64,000 nt of DNA from Flagellimonas sp. (GCF_965233845.1 NZ_OZ247584.1:1755914-1819913), one strand, 5' to 3'; positions 38,422 through 48,539 are shown, numbered from the stretch's first letter. The notes: generated from the letters alone by a model not told the origin. Numbers and translations are program-made.

Positions 38422-39378
38422 ATGGATTTCACCAACCCTTTAGTATACGGAGTACCCGTATTTATTGTTTTCATTTTGGCAGAGCTGGCGTACAGCAAGG
38501 CACATGGTGACCATGAGCTATATAATTGGAAGGATTTGGCTGCCAGTGGGTTCATGGGCGTTGGGTCTGCTATTTTGGGTCCACTGTTCAAGGTGGCGTT
38601 TGCCATTGTTCTTTTTGAAGGTGTTTACGAACTCTGCAATCCCGAGGTAAATGGTGTTCGACAGAACTTTTTAGGATACCAATCTTTTGGCTATGCCTGG
38701 TATGTTTGGTTGCTTTGTCAACTAGCGGATGATTTTACCTACTATTGGTTTCATAGGGCCAACCATGAAATTCGCTTCCTTTGGGCTGCCCATATAGTCC
38801 ACCATTCTTCGGATAACTATAATTTGGGCACTGCAGTTCGCAATGGATGGTTTACCATCGTGTACAAACCTCTGTTTTATATGTGGATGCCGGCCATTGG
38901 ATTTCCTCCGGAAATGGTAGTGGTCTGTTTGGGCATAGAAGCGCTATGGCAATTTCAATTGCATTCCGTTTATGTTCCCAAACTTGGATTTTTGGAAAAA
39001 ATCTTCAATACGCATACCATGCATCAGGTGCATCATGCACAAAACGTGGAATATCTGGATAAAAACCATGGGGGATTCCTGAATATATTTGACAAGCTAT
39101 TTGGAACATGGAAAGCCCTGGACGATGACATTGATGTTAAATATGGTGTGATTCATTCACCGGATTCCTATAACCCCGTAGTGATTTTGACACATGAGTA
39201 TAGGGATATTTGGAATGATGTAAAGAAATCCAAAAAATTATCCCACAAGTTGATGTACATCTTTGGCCCTCCCGGATGGAGCCATGACGGCAGTACGCTT
39301 ACCGTGAAACAGCAACAGGCGAAGTTCAAGGAGTACAAGAAACTCAATCCCAAGTTGGCGTACCACAGGCCCAACTAA
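38422..39378 (+). CDS. Fatty-acid hydroxylase / sterol desaturase family membrane protein
   Basis: Histidine boxes HRANHE, HIVHHSS and HQVHH. Several TM segments. Confidence 0.8.
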   Translation: MDFTNPLVYGVPVFIVFILAELAYSKAHGDHELYNWKDLAASGFMGVGSAILGPLFKVAFAIVLFEGVYELCNPEVNGVRQNFLGYQSFGYAWYVWLLCQLADDFTYYWFHRANHEIRFLWAAHIVHHSSDNYNLGTAVRNGWFTIVYKPLFYMWMPAIGFPPEMVVVCLGIEALWQFQLHSVYVPKLGFLEKIFNTHTMHQVHHAQNVEYLDKNHGGFLNIFDKLFGTWKALDDDIDVKYGVIHSPDSYNPVVILTHEYRDIWNDVKKSKKLSHKLMYIFGPPGWSHDGSTLTVKQQQAKFKEYKKLNPKLAYHRPN

Positions 39379-39384
39379 AGCACC

Positions 39385-40200
39385 TTATTGTTCTACCGTC
39401 TCCTTTTTGTTTTTAGATTTATTTTTCTTCATCCGAAGATCAAAGAACTCTACCATTAGTGAAAATGCGATGGCGAAGTACAGATAACCTTTTGGAATTG
39501 CACCAACCTCATTGTCAAAAACAATCAAATGGGAAAGGTGGGCAGCTTCAGCAATTAACATAAACCCGATCAAGATAAGAAAGGACAATCCCAGTACCTG
39601 AACGGAAGGGTGCCTATTTACGAACTCACCGACAGGATTGGCGAACAACATCATAATCAAGACCGAAACCACTACCGCAGTAACCATTAAAACCAAGGCA
39701 TCGTTTGGGTTGGGGGAAATACCGTTGGTCATGCCAATGGCCGTAAGAATGGAATCAAATGAAAAAACGATATTGATTACAGTGATTTGAACGATAGCAT
39801 TGGTCAGGGATGAGGAACGCGATTTTTTCACTTCCCTTTCATCATGTCCACGGTCCTCAATTTTCTCGTGGATTTCCTTTGTACTTTTATAGAGCAAGAA
39901 GAGTCCTCCAAAAAATAAGATCAGCGCCTGCCAACTTATTCCACCTGTTATCCATGATTCGTCCAAAACCAAAAATGGTTTTTTCATCTTGGTCAACCAG
40001 GTAATTCCAAACAACAATAGAATTCGCATTCCCATGGCCAGGACGAGTCCAATATTAGTGGCTTTGCGACGATCTTTTTTATCCAATTTGCCAGCCGCAA
40101 TGGAAATGAAGATGATGTTGTCAATCCCCAGGATTATTTCCAAAAAAGTCAAGGTAAGCAATGCCATCCAGGCATCCGGACTCGTAAAAATTTCAAACAT
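39385..40200 (-). CDS. TerC-family integral membrane protein
   Basis: N-terminus WMALLTLTFLEIILGIDNIIFISI and a second GIDN-like repeat (SFDSILTAIGMT). Confidence 0.85.
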   Translation of the reverse strand: MFEIFTSPDAWMALLTLTFLEIILGIDNIIFISIAAGKLDKKDRRKATNIGLVLAMGMRILLLFGITWLTKMKKPFLVLDESWITGGISWQALILFFGGLFLLYKSTKEIHEKIEDRGHDEREVKKSRSSSLTNAIVQITVINIVFSFDSILTAIGMTNGISPNPNDALVLMVTAVVVSVLIMMLFANPVGEFVNRHPSVQVLGLSFLILIGFMLIAEAAHLSHLIVFDNEVGAIPKGYLYFAIAFSLMVEFFDLRMKKNKSKNKKETVEQ

Positions 40201-40202
40201 GG

Positions 40203-40580
40203 TTAGTGTATTTTATGGGCGGTGCCCTTAAATTTTCGTTTATCGCCAATGGCGTTGTATTCAAATGTATAAGAAGAATCGGAAGTTGTCAATATTTTTA
40301 TGTGAATAGATTTTTCCTCTGCCTTGTTTTTCGGGTTCAAGTTTCTAAGGACATATTCGCAATCATTGATCCATCTTACAGATGAAGAATCTTGTTTTCC
40401 TTCAAAATAATCCACCTCCAAATCATCCTTTCTAAGGAAGGTGGTGGTTTTATTTTCACCATTGATTTCCGTGGTGAATGAAAACCGACCATTCTTAAAG
40501 TTGGTGCAATTACGCTCAGGCGGCTGCTGGCATGAAAGTAACAGGGAAAGTACGAGTAGGGGCAACAGTTTTTGTAACAT
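40203..40580 (-). CDS. Small lipoprotein, hypothetical
   Basis: Lipobox LLLSC. 125 aa. Only 2 nt upstream of the TerC gene. Confidence 0.5.
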   Translation of the reverse strand: MLQKLLPLLVLSLLLSCQQPPERNCTNFKNGRFSFTTEINGENKTTTFLRKDDLEVDYFEGKQDSSSVRWINDCEYVLRNLNPKNKAEEKSIHIKILTTSDSSYTFEYNAIGDKRKFKGTAHKIH

Positions 40581-40619
40581 GCATGCAAAGTAAATGCAAA
40601 GAACTGAATGTGCCTGAAC

Positions 40620-40997
40620 CTATCCGTTTTTTTTTGCGTCAAAAGACTCAAAGGTGCCATCGGCGTAAAAAACCACCATACGCACAGGATCGGAATTTGA
40701 GTTCCCCGAGGTTTTTGTGGGTGCCTCATCACCGATCTTGGATGAAATCTCGGTAGGGGAGGTTTCCTTTTCTGACTGGGCCGGGAATTTCCCCTTTCCA
40801 ATCAGGAGCCAATACAAGTTGACTTCCGGATAAATCTTTACCACCTTCAGCACAAAATCCAGACTGGGTTTATTTCTTCCGCTCAGGATGTGGGAAATAC
40901 TGGAGCGCTGCACTCCAATGGAATCTGCAAAGGAAGAAACCGTGAGTCCAAAATGGTCAATTACCGATTTAATTCGGATGGCAATCTCGTTGTTCAC
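40620..40997 (-). CDS. XRE-family helix-turn-helix transcriptional regulator
   Basis: N-terminal HTH FADSIGVQRSSISHILSGRNKPSLDFVLKV, followed by a Ser/Pro-rich linker and a short C-terminal domain. Confidence 0.75.
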   Translation of the reverse strand: MNNEIAIRIKSVIDHFGLTVSSFADSIGVQRSSISHILSGRNKPSLDFVLKVVKIYPEVNLYWLLIGKGKFPAQSEKETSPTEISSKIGDEAPTKTSGNSNSDPVRMVVFYADGTFESFDAKKNG

Positions 40998-41163
40998 AAA
41001 AATAAATTTCTAAGGCTAAATTAGTAATACGAATGGCCAAAGTCAACATAAAACAGGAAGAAGGGCGACTAGATATGTAAATTTAAAGTTTATGTAATCG
41101 AATATAAATATCTGTTAATAAAGAATATATAGGTATTAATAAATAAAGTTGATTTTTGTGATT

Positions 41164-41236
41164 ACAATTGTGTGTTTCCGAGGAACCAACTGATTACAAA
41201 GGTGAACGTTTGCTTACAAGTTCGTATACAATTGTA
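41164..41236. promoter_or_regulatory. Two ACAATTGT-core palindromes in the divergent XRE / M14 peptidase intergenic region (candidate operators)
   Basis: ACAATTGT at 41164-41171 and TACAATTGTA at 41227-41236. GATTAC recurs three times nearby. A TACTTTTG -7 box sits at 41251-41258. Confidence 0.3.
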
Positions 41237-41283
41237 AATTATGTTTGGATTACTTTTGTAAACTTAATTAAGGATTGCCATAC

Positions 41284-42390
41284 ATGATTCACTTTGAAAG
41301 TTATAAGGAAAGGTCTGTAGAGGGACGTTATGTAACTGTTGATTCCCTGCAAAAAACATGGCTCAACACCCTGGATTCTTCCTTAGTTGAAACCATTGGC
41401 GGCTCGGTTCTAGGGAATACTATTTTTTCCATAACTCTGGGGAGTGGTCCAAAGAAAGTGCTCATGTGGTCCCAGATGCATGGGAACGAATCTACCACAA
41501 CAAAAGCGGTATTGGATTTGGTCAATTGCCTAATTGCCGAGGAAGATTTTAGTCAATCAATTTTGGAAAATTGCACCCTTTGCATAGTACCTATCCTTAA
41601 TCCGGATGGCGCAATCGCCTACACCCGGGTAAATGCCAATGAAGTGGATCTTAATCGTGATGCCAAAAATAGAACGCAGCCTGAGAGTGTTGTCCTGCGA
41701 GAACTATTTGAACGGTTTCACCCCAATTACTGTTTTAACCTACACGACCAACGTACCCTGTTTAGTGCAGGTAACACGGATAAGCCCGCAACGGTCTCGT
41801 TCCTGTCTCCATCCAACAATCCAGAAAGAACAGTGGATCAAACCAGGACTATAGGGATGCAGCTTATTGTTGCCATGAATCGGATGTTGCAGAATCAAAT
41901 TCCAGGGCAGGTGGGAAGGTATGATGATGGGTTTAATGAGAACTGTATAGGGGATACTTTTCAGATGTTGGGTGTACCCACTATCTTGTTCGAGGCCGGT
42001 CATTTTAAAGAAGACTACCAGCGAGAGGAGACCAGAAAATATATTTTTATGGCTCTGATGGAAGTTCTAGGGGTTATTTCAAAAAATCGGATAGCTGAGT
42101 TTCCGCATCAGGAATATTTTGATATTCCTGAAAATGAAAAACTCTTTTTTGATATCCTTATTAAGAATGCCCATTTGGTCAATGAGTCCTTGGCGGTAAA
42201 TCAGCAAGTGGGTATCCGATTTGTGGAGACTTTGAAAAACGGGGCCATTGACTTTGTTCCTGAAGTAGCAGAGGTAGGGGAGTTGGACACAAGCTTTGGC
42301 CACTTCAATTTAGATTGTTCCATTTCCGACCACATAGAGCAGATGGAGCGTAAGAATCTTCTTCCGTTAATACGGAATATCAAGAGTTAA
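41284..42390 (+). CDS. M14-family zinc carboxypeptidase-like protein
   Basis: Zinc motif QMHGNEST (HxxE) and DLNRD. The start was moved from the TTG at 41275 to the ATG at 41284. Confidence 0.7.
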   Translation: MIHFESYKERSVEGRYVTVDSLQKTWLNTLDSSLVETIGGSVLGNTIFSITLGSGPKKVLMWSQMHGNESTTTKAVLDLVNCLIAEEDFSQSILENCTLCIVPILNPDGAIAYTRVNANEVDLNRDAKNRTQPESVVLRELFERFHPNYCFNLHDQRTLFSAGNTDKPATVSFLSPSNNPERTVDQTRTIGMQLIVAMNRMLQNQIPGQVGRYDDGFNENCIGDTFQMLGVPTILFEAGHFKEDYQREETRKYIFMALMEVLGVISKNRIAEFPHQEYFDIPENEKLFFDILIKNAHLVNESLAVNQQVGIRFVETLKNGAIDFVPEVAEVGELDTSFGHFNLDCSISDHIEQMERKNLLPLIRNIKS

Positions 42391-42466
42391 TCTTGGTATT
42401 ATCAGGTATTTGTTACATTTTGTTTAAAAAAAAGGCATTTTTTTTAAATATAATTTCTTAATTAAC

Positions 42467-42474
42467 TAATTTTG
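42467..42474 (+). promoter_or_regulatory. Candidate -7 box (TAATTTTG) for the Lrp/AsnC gene
   Basis: Matches TAnnTTTG 18 nt upstream of the ATG at 42492, in an AT-rich intergenic region. Confidence 0.35.
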
Positions 42475-42491
42475 ATCAAAATATTCACACT

Positions 42492-42971
42492 ATGAGCAAA
42501 GTTAAGTTAGACGAAATCGACCACCAGATACTGGACATGTTAATTGACAATACCCGTACACCTTTTACGGATATTGCCAAAAAGCTGCTGATCTCTGCTG
42601 GTACTGTTCATGTCAGGGTTAAAAAAATGGAAGAATCCGGAATCATCAAAGGATCTTCATTGACCTTGGATTACGTCAAGTTGGGATATTCCTTTATAGC
42701 ATACGTCGGAATTTTTCTGGAGAAAACGCACCAAACAAAATTTGTCCTGGAACGTTTGAACCAAATCCCGTACGTGACTGTTGCTCATATTACCACAGGA
42801 AAATTCAATATTTTCTGTAAGATCAGGGCCAAGGATACCACTCATGCCAAGAATATTATCTTCAAGATTGATGATATTGACGGTATCAGTCGAACGGAAA
42901 CCATGATTTCCCTGGAAGAGAGCATCAATGACAAAAAGCGCTTGATGCATACCATCTTTAACGAGCTTTAA
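42492..42971 (+). CDS. Lrp/AsnC-family transcriptional regulator
   Basis: LDEIDHQILDMLIDNTRTPFTDIAKKLLISAGTVHVRVKKMEESGII followed by a RAM/ACT-like C-terminal domain. Confidence 0.9.
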   Translation: MSKVKLDEIDHQILDMLIDNTRTPFTDIAKKLLISAGTVHVRVKKMEESGIIKGSSLTLDYVKLGYSFIAYVGIFLEKTHQTKFVLERLNQIPYVTVAHITTGKFNIFCKIRAKDTTHAKNIIFKIDDIDGISRTETMISLEESINDKKRLMHTIFNEL

Positions 42972-42990
42972 GCTTAAATACTTTTCGGAT

Positions 42991-43512
42991 ATGCTAAGTT
43001 CAGAACTTTCCCCGTCTGAATACAACCCTTTTTATCATACCTATATAAAGGCATTGGGCGGAGAGGTAAAACTATTGGATCAGTTGGTGGACGGAAGGGA
43101 TGTGTTCCTTTCTTTTCTCAAGGATATTCCTGCCGCCAAACTTTTGTTTGCCTATGGTCCAGATAAATGGGCTTTGGCAGAAGTGCTAATGCATATTATT
43201 GATGCCGAACGGGTCTTTCAATATCGTGCTCTGAGGTTTGCACGGAACGATTCCACTCCATTGTCCGGGTTTGATCAGGATATTTATGTCCCTGAATCCA
43301 ATGCAGCAAAGAAGACCAAGGAAGAAATTATGATCGAATACAAAACCGTTCGGGATTCGACCATAGCACTTTTCCGTTCCTTTGATGACGAGGCGTTGAC
43401 ACGTATGGGTATGGCAAGCGGTTCAGCTATGAGCACAAGGGCCATGGGTTTTATCATTTGTGGGCATCAAGCCCACCACATGTCCGTGATACGTGAACGG
43501 TATTTAAACTAG
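42991..43512 (+). CDS. DinB-family protein
   Basis: Four-helix-bundle His triad pattern (LMHIIDAERVF, CGHQAHHMSV). Confidence 0.7.
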   Translation: MLSSELSPSEYNPFYHTYIKALGGEVKLLDQLVDGRDVFLSFLKDIPAAKLLFAYGPDKWALAEVLMHIIDAERVFQYRALRFARNDSTPLSGFDQDIYVPESNAAKKTKEEIMIEYKTVRDSTIALFRSFDDEALTRMGMASGSAMSTRAMGFIICGHQAHHMSVIRERYLN

Positions 43513-43527
43513 TTGAAAAAGTAGTTT

Positions 43528-43863
43528 TTAGTATAGGCCTTCGTTTTCTTGTTCTTGATCGGGATCCAGATCCGGGTTCAAAGATTCTTCACTCTCACCC
43601 AATACCGCTTCGGGCTTTTCTGCATTGCCCAGCTCTTTTTCCATGTTCTCCTCAAAATTGGAAATGAAGTTGGACAGACTTTTACTGATTTTCACCAAAT
43701 AAATGGTATCCTCCGTTTTTACTTCTACGGTTTCAATTATTTCCCCGTTGGGTTTTTTCAGGGTGATGATATCTTCATCCCCATAACCGTAAGGATAAGA
43801 ATCGATTAAAACCGCCGCCACTTTGCGATCTAGTTTTTTGTAATCTATTAGTACACGTTTCAT
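43528..43863 (-). CDS. Hypothetical protein with an acidic C-terminal tail
   Basis: 111-aa ORF with compact spacing to its neighbours. No recognisable motif. Confidence 0.5.
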   Translation of the reverse strand: MKRVLIDYKKLDRKVAAVLIDSYPYGYGDEDIITLKKPNGEIIETVEVKTEDTIYLVKISKSLSNFISNFEENMEKELGNAEKPEAVLGESEESLNPDLDPDQEQENEGLY

Positions 43864-43956
43864 TATGGATAGGTTTATGGTTTCCTATCCTAAACTATAA
43901 ATTTTTGAAACTGACCAGGCTAAAGAGTTGTAAATGGCAATTTTTAGTATATGTAT

Positions 43957-45021
43957 CTAAGATTCTTTGTAGTAAGCAAAGGATTCTGCAAATAAATTTT
44001 CTGGAACCTTGATGTCCGTCACAGCTTTTCCAATACTTTGGAGCAACACAAAGTTGATATCACCATGCGAGTTTTTCTTGTCGTATTTTAAAAGCTCCAC
44101 AATAGCCGTTATGTCCTCTGGTTCAAATTCCACCTTCTCAAAATGTTTCAGAAAAGTTTCCTTGATTTCTTGAAGTGATAATGCCGAAAGCCCCTTTAAT
44201 TTATGGGATAGGTAGCCCTCCAAAATCATTCCCACCGCAATGGCTTCCCCGTGCAACAAACTCTTTTTGTTTGGATTTTCCAGAAAGTAGGATTCTATGG
44301 CATGCCCCAAGGTGTGTCCAAAATTCAGGATTTTCCTAATGTTCTGTTCCGTTGGGTCCTCTGTGACCACCTCGTTTTTTATGCTGATTGATTTTTGAAT
44401 GGTGGCCGCATTGCCATAGTCATTGGTTTCCCTAAGCGATTTCCAATAGGTTTCATCTTTGATCAAGCCATGTTTGAGCATTTCAGCAAATCCACTGGTC
44501 CGTTGTCTCTGATCAAGCGTATGGAGAAATTCAGGAATGACAAGAACCATTTGCGGTTGGTTTATGACCCCAATTTGATTTTTAAGAACTCCCAAGTCCA
44601 CTCCGGTTTTACCTCCCACCGAAGCATCGACCATGGACAATAGGGTAGTGGGGATGTTTATAAAATGGATTCCCCGTTTAAAAGTGGAAGCCACAAACCC
44701 ACCTAGATCGGTGAGGACACCTCCCCCAAGATTGATCAATAGACTTTTTCGGTCAGCACCTTGGTCCGATAACCATTCCCATACCAACATGCAGGTCTGG
44801 ATGTGTTTGTTTTCCTCTCCGGATTCAATTTCAAAAATACCATCCACAGGAACCTCACCTCTCATTTTCTCCTGAAGTAGGGGAAGACAATATTTTTTGG
44901 TGTTTTCATCCACCAAAACAAAGATTTTTGAGTAGTTGCTTTTAGCAACATGTTGTCTCAGAGAGGCTTCCGCCAACTCTTCCAGATATACCTCGTAAGC
45001 GTGAGATTTAATGGAATCCAT
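43957..45021 (-). CDS. aroB: 3-dehydroquinate synthase
   Basis: LGGGVLTDLGGFVASTF, DASVGGKTG and NFGHTLGHAIE motifs. The ATG at 45021 was preferred over the GTG at 45036. Confidence 0.9.
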   Translation of the reverse strand: MDSIKSHAYEVYLEELAEASLRQHVAKSNYSKIFVLVDENTKKYCLPLLQEKMRGEVPVDGIFEIESGEENKHIQTCMLVWEWLSDQGADRKSLLINLGGGVLTDLGGFVASTFKRGIHFINIPTTLLSMVDASVGGKTGVDLGVLKNQIGVINQPQMVLVIPEFLHTLDQRQRTSGFAEMLKHGLIKDETYWKSLRETNDYGNAATIQKSISIKNEVVTEDPTEQNIRKILNFGHTLGHAIESYFLENPNKKSLLHGEAIAVGMILEGYLSHKLKGLSALSLQEIKETFLKHFEKVEFEPEDITAIVELLKYDKKNSHGDINFVLLQSIGKAVTDIKVPENLFAESFAYYKES

Positions 45022-45113
45022 AAATTGTAATTGCACCGCTAAATAAAGATTATTTTTATAGATAATGATCCAATATGGCGACTTATATTTGAATCTTTAA
45101 TAAATTCACAACA

Positions 45114-46286
45114 ATGCAGCCAGATTTTGAGAATACTGCAATAGCGTTCCAAATGAAAACCGACTCCGAATTGGAACGTGCATATTTCCTTTTTAAACTT
45201 ATTGCGAACGAGCCCTTGGTAAAAATTGGAACTGCGGTCACCAATTTTGCGATAAAAGCGCATTTGCCCATAGAAGGGTTGATACGTGCCACGGTATTTG
45301 ACCATTTCTGTGGTGGGGTCAACGAAGAAGATTGCCTCCCCATAATTGATAAAATGTTTGCCAATGGAGTAAGTTCCATTTTGGACTATTCTGTGGAAGG
45401 CAAGGAGGTTGAAGATCAATTCAATTTTGCGCTTCAAAAGACATTGGAAGTATTGGACTTTGTGAAAGAAAAAGAAGCCATTCCATTTGCCGTTTTTAAA
45501 CCCACAGGATTTGGGAAATTTGAGTTGTATGAAAAAATGAGCGCTGGAATTAAATTGGAGCAAAAGGAAACCGAGGCTTGGGAAAGATTATTGGATCGCT
45601 ATGAACAGGTGTGCAAAAAAGCGTACGATTTGGACGTTAAGTTATTGATTGATGCCGAAGAGAGCTGGATGCAACAAGCTGCGGATGACATGGCACTGGA
45701 CATGATGCGGAAGTACAACAAGGAAAAGGCGGTTGTTTTTAATACGTTGCAGATGTATCGGTGGGATCGAATGGACTATTTGGAGCAATTGAACCAATTG
45801 GCAGAAGAGGAAGGATTCAAAATTGGATTGAAGGTTGTGCGTGGAGCGTATATGGAAAAAGAAAATGACCGGGCCAAGGAGTTGGGTTATAAAAGCCCCA
45901 TTTGCGTATCCAAAAAAGCCACGGATGAAAACTTTGATTGTGCTGTTTCCTTTATCATGAATAATTTGGATACCATTTCCATTTTTGCGGGCACCCATAA
46001 TGAATCAAGTTCCTTAAAACTCCTGGAACAAATGGAGCAAAAAGGCCTTGAAAAAAACAATTCCAATGTTTGGTTTGGACAATTATATGGGATGAGCGAT
46101 CATATCTCATTCAACCTATCGGAAGCAGGCTACAATGTGGCCAAATATGTGCCCTATGGTCCCGTGAAAGATGTAATGCCTTATTTGATCCGAAGGGCAG
46201 AGGAGAATACTTCGGTGGCAGGGCAGACCACCCGGGAATTGGCTCTATTACAAAAAGAAAAGAAGCGTAGGAAGTTGGATTTGTGA
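45114..46286 (+). CDS. Proline dehydrogenase family protein (monofunctional)
   Basis: 390-aa TIM-barrel-type sequence with VVRGAYMEKE and C-terminal YLIRRAEENTS motifs typical of PRODH. Confidence 0.8.
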   Translation: MQPDFENTAIAFQMKTDSELERAYFLFKLIANEPLVKIGTAVTNFAIKAHLPIEGLIRATVFDHFCGGVNEEDCLPIIDKMFANGVSSILDYSVEGKEVEDQFNFALQKTLEVLDFVKEKEAIPFAVFKPTGFGKFELYEKMSAGIKLEQKETEAWERLLDRYEQVCKKAYDLDVKLLIDAEESWMQQAADDMALDMMRKYNKEKAVVFNTLQMYRWDRMDYLEQLNQLAEEEGFKIGLKVVRGAYMEKENDRAKELGYKSPICVSKKATDENFDCAVSFIMNNLDTISIFAGTHNESSSLKLLEQMEQKGLEKNNSNVWFGQLYGMSDHISFNLSEAGYNVAKYVPYGPVKDVMPYLIRRAEENTSVAGQTTRELALLQKEKKRRKLDL

Positions 46287-46292
46287 TAGCAC

Positions 46293-46658
46293 CTATTGAA
46301 TTCTCTCGATAATAAGTCCATCTGGACAATTTTTGGCCACCATTTCTTTCTGTTGATTGCCATCAGAAAGCAATACTTTGTAGGTTTTACAGGGTTCGGA
46401 TTTGGTATCGCTGTTCCCAAAATCGATATCCCCATCTTGTAAAAAGGATTGTATCAAGAGTGTGTCCTGGTATTGGATTGGGACTTGTTCACCAAAAGAC
46501 AATGGCTTGGAGCGCATGTCCTTGAGTACCCTACAGTTGGGGAAATAGCAGAAATCAATCCCATTCTCCCCAGATTTTTTCTTGAGAAAGAAAACAAGAA
46601 ATACAATCCCTATGGACAGTCCTACCAGATACCATCCCAAGCGCCTTAAAAATGCCAT
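46293..46658 (-). CDS. Membrane-anchored hypothetical protein
   Basis: N-terminal TM LGWYLVGLSIGIVFLVFFL. 121 aa. Six nt downstream of the ald-like gene. Confidence 0.5.
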   Translation of the reverse strand: MAFLRRLGWYLVGLSIGIVFLVFFLKKKSGENGIDFCYFPNCRVLKDMRSKPLSFGEQVPIQYQDTLLIQSFLQDGDIDFGNSDTKSEPCKTYKVLLSDGNQQKEMVAKNCPDGLIIERIQ

Positions 46659-46664
46659 TCCGTA

Positions 46665-47864
46665 TTAAAAAATTAGAAAATTAATATCATTATAGGTGAG
46701 CCCAAACCAGTCTCCCACAGACTTGTTGGTTAGGATACCATGGTACATGTACAGTCCATTTCGTAGACCTTTGTCAAAACGTAACGAGTGTTCCAAACCT
46801 CCATCTTCACCAATTTTCAGTAAATAGGGCGTAAAGATATTACTTATGGAAATACTTGAGGTTCTTGGGTAACGGGACGGGATATTGGGAACCCCATAAT
46901 GGGTTACGTCAAACTTTTCTATGGTGGGTTTGTCATGGCTTGTCACTTCGGAGGTTTCAAAACAGCCGCCCATATCAATGCTAACATCGATAATCACAGC
47001 TCCTTTTTTCATGTTCTCTACCATGGAACTAGAAACTACAATAGGGGAACGATCCTTCCCCCTGGCTGCTCCGATGGCCACATCACAACGCTTTAATGCC
47101 TTTAATAAATTCTTGGGTTGGATGGTAGAGGTATAAACCGTTTGATTAAGATTGGTCTGTATGTTTCTTAGTTTGGTGATGGAATTGTCAAAAACCTTGA
47201 TGTTGGCGCCTAGGCCCAAGGCCGACCGTGCCGCAAATTCACCCACTGTTCCAGCTCCAATAATGACCACTTCCACGGGTGGTACACCACTAATATTTCC
47301 AAACATGAGTCCATTGCCTTTGTTGGTGGTGGCCATTAACTCGGATGCTATAAGGATAGAGGAGATGCCCGCAATCTCACTAAGTGATCTAACAGCTGGG
47401 TACTTCCCGTCCTCATCCCGGATGTATTCAAAAGCAATAGCTGTTAATCGTTTCTTGGCCAAGGTTTCAAAATACTCCTTGGACTGTGTCTTGATTTGTA
47501 AGGCAGAAATGACAATGGTCTGCGGATTGATCAAATCAATTTCCGAAAGGGTAGGGGGTTCCACTTTTAGAATAATGGGACAGGAAAAAACCTTTTTGGT
47601 GTCCCTGCTAATTTCGGCTCCAGCTTCTGTATAATCTGCATCTGTAAAGCTGGCACCTTCACCTGCTCCGGATTCAATAAGTACCCGGTGTCCATGCGCA
47701 GTAATGGCATTGACCGCATCTGGCGTAAGGCAAATACGTTTTTCCTGATATTGGTTTTCCTTGGGAATGCCAATAAAGAGTTCGCCTTTTTTTTTGAGAA
47801 TCTCTAGGGTTTCTTCCTGGGGTAACAGTTGTTGTTTACTAAAAGGGGAGGAAGGTTGGTCCAT
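46665..47864 (-). CDS. ald: Alanine dehydrogenase / PNT-alpha-family NAD enzyme
   Basis: IGIPKENQYQEKRICLTPDAV N-terminal domain and Rossmann motif VVIIGAGTVG. The ATG at 47864 was preferred over the TTG at 47873. Confidence 0.75.
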   Translation of the reverse strand: MDQPSSPFSKQQLLPQEETLEILKKKGELFIGIPKENQYQEKRICLTPDAVNAITAHGHRVLIESGAGEGASFTDADYTEAGAEISRDTKKVFSCPIILKVEPPTLSEIDLINPQTIVISALQIKTQSKEYFETLAKKRLTAIAFEYIRDEDGKYPAVRSLSEIAGISSILIASELMATTNKGNGLMFGNISGVPPVEVVIIGAGTVGEFAARSALGLGANIKVFDNSITKLRNIQTNLNQTVYTSTIQPKNLLKALKRCDVAIGAARGKDRSPIVVSSSMVENMKKGAVIIDVSIDMGGCFETSEVTSHDKPTIEKFDVTHYGVPNIPSRYPRTSSISISNIFTPYLLKIGEDGGLEHSLRFDKGLRNGLYMYHGILTNKSVGDWFGLTYNDINFLIF

Positions 47865-47906
47865 ACAATGCAAATCTGAAAGAACCGCAACGGGTTTAAA
47901 ACAAAT

Positions 47907-48473
47907 TTACATTTTTTTTGAAAGGGTGTGCTGCCGCTGTTCCAGTTTCTCACGTTCCTTTCGCAACTCCTCTTTCTCTTTCAAGATTTGAAGTTCGGTG
48001 TCCATGGCATCCAAATCAATACCGTGAACATGTTTGTCTATCAATTTAACCCTTATGAAATACACTACTGGAACTACTACCATAGTAACTGCTATTACAT
48101 AAAAGATCTCATTTTCATCAACTTGCTTTGAATTGTTCGTAATCACACTATATAGCTGGAAGCTGTACATGGAAATTGGAATAAGAATGGCATGATACCA
48201 CCATTGTTTGTTAGTGACAAACCATGTTATCAATAAAACAAGCGGAATAATCTTTAGCAAGTAAAACCAAACTGCGGTTCTAGCATCCGCAAATCCATTG
48301 GATGTTACTTCAAACAACCAAAAATCCAACGATTCAGTATCATTGGGCATGTACTTATAAGAGTAAAACATTACAGGCGATAAGGCTATGACCAGCGTAA
48401 TAATCCCCTCAATAATAAGCCGCTTTCGTACTTTCTTTTCACCGCGCATACACATATAACTGTGGATGCCCAT
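47907..48473 (-). CDS. Integral membrane protein with a C-terminal coiled-coil, hypothetical
   Basis: Four hydrophobic helices, then ELQILKEKEELRKEREKLEQRQ. Confidence 0.55.
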   Translation of the reverse strand: MGIHSYMCMRGEKKVRKRLIIEGIITLVIALSPVMFYSYKYMPNDTESLDFWLFEVTSNGFADARTAVWFYLLKIIPLVLLITWFVTNKQWWYHAILIPISMYSFQLYSVITNNSKQVDENEIFYVIAVTMVVVPVVYFIRVKLIDKHVHGIDLDAMDTELQILKEKEELRKEREKLEQRQHTLSKKM

Positions 48474-48484
48474 TTTTATTGTAT

Positions 48485-48510
48485 AAAAAAACCCCTCAAA
48501 ACAAGAGGGG
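48485..48510 (-). terminator. Rho-independent terminator following the 44-codon ORF
   Basis: The minus strand reads CCCCTC-ttgtttt-GAGGGG followed by TTTTTTT. Confidence 0.8.
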
Positions 48511-48539
48511 TTTCAAAGAAATGATCTTTAGGATACTTC

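Noticed and set aside
39385-40200. I looked for a yybP-ykoY (Mn) riboswitch in front of the TerC-family gene.
   Set aside because: Only 2 nt separate it from the upstream lipoprotein gene, so there is no room for a leader RNA. The gene appears co-transcribed with the lipoprotein and XRE genes.
45039-45563. Long antisense or shadow ORFs. Examples are 45039-45563, 5410-5976, 32123-32665, 29876-30421, 53169-53738, 42657-43025, 10549-10971 and 47152-47634.
   Set aside because: Each lies entirely inside, and opposite to or out of frame with, a gene that has strong family motifs. Their translations are low-complexity or Cys/Phe/Ile-rich and carry no motifs.
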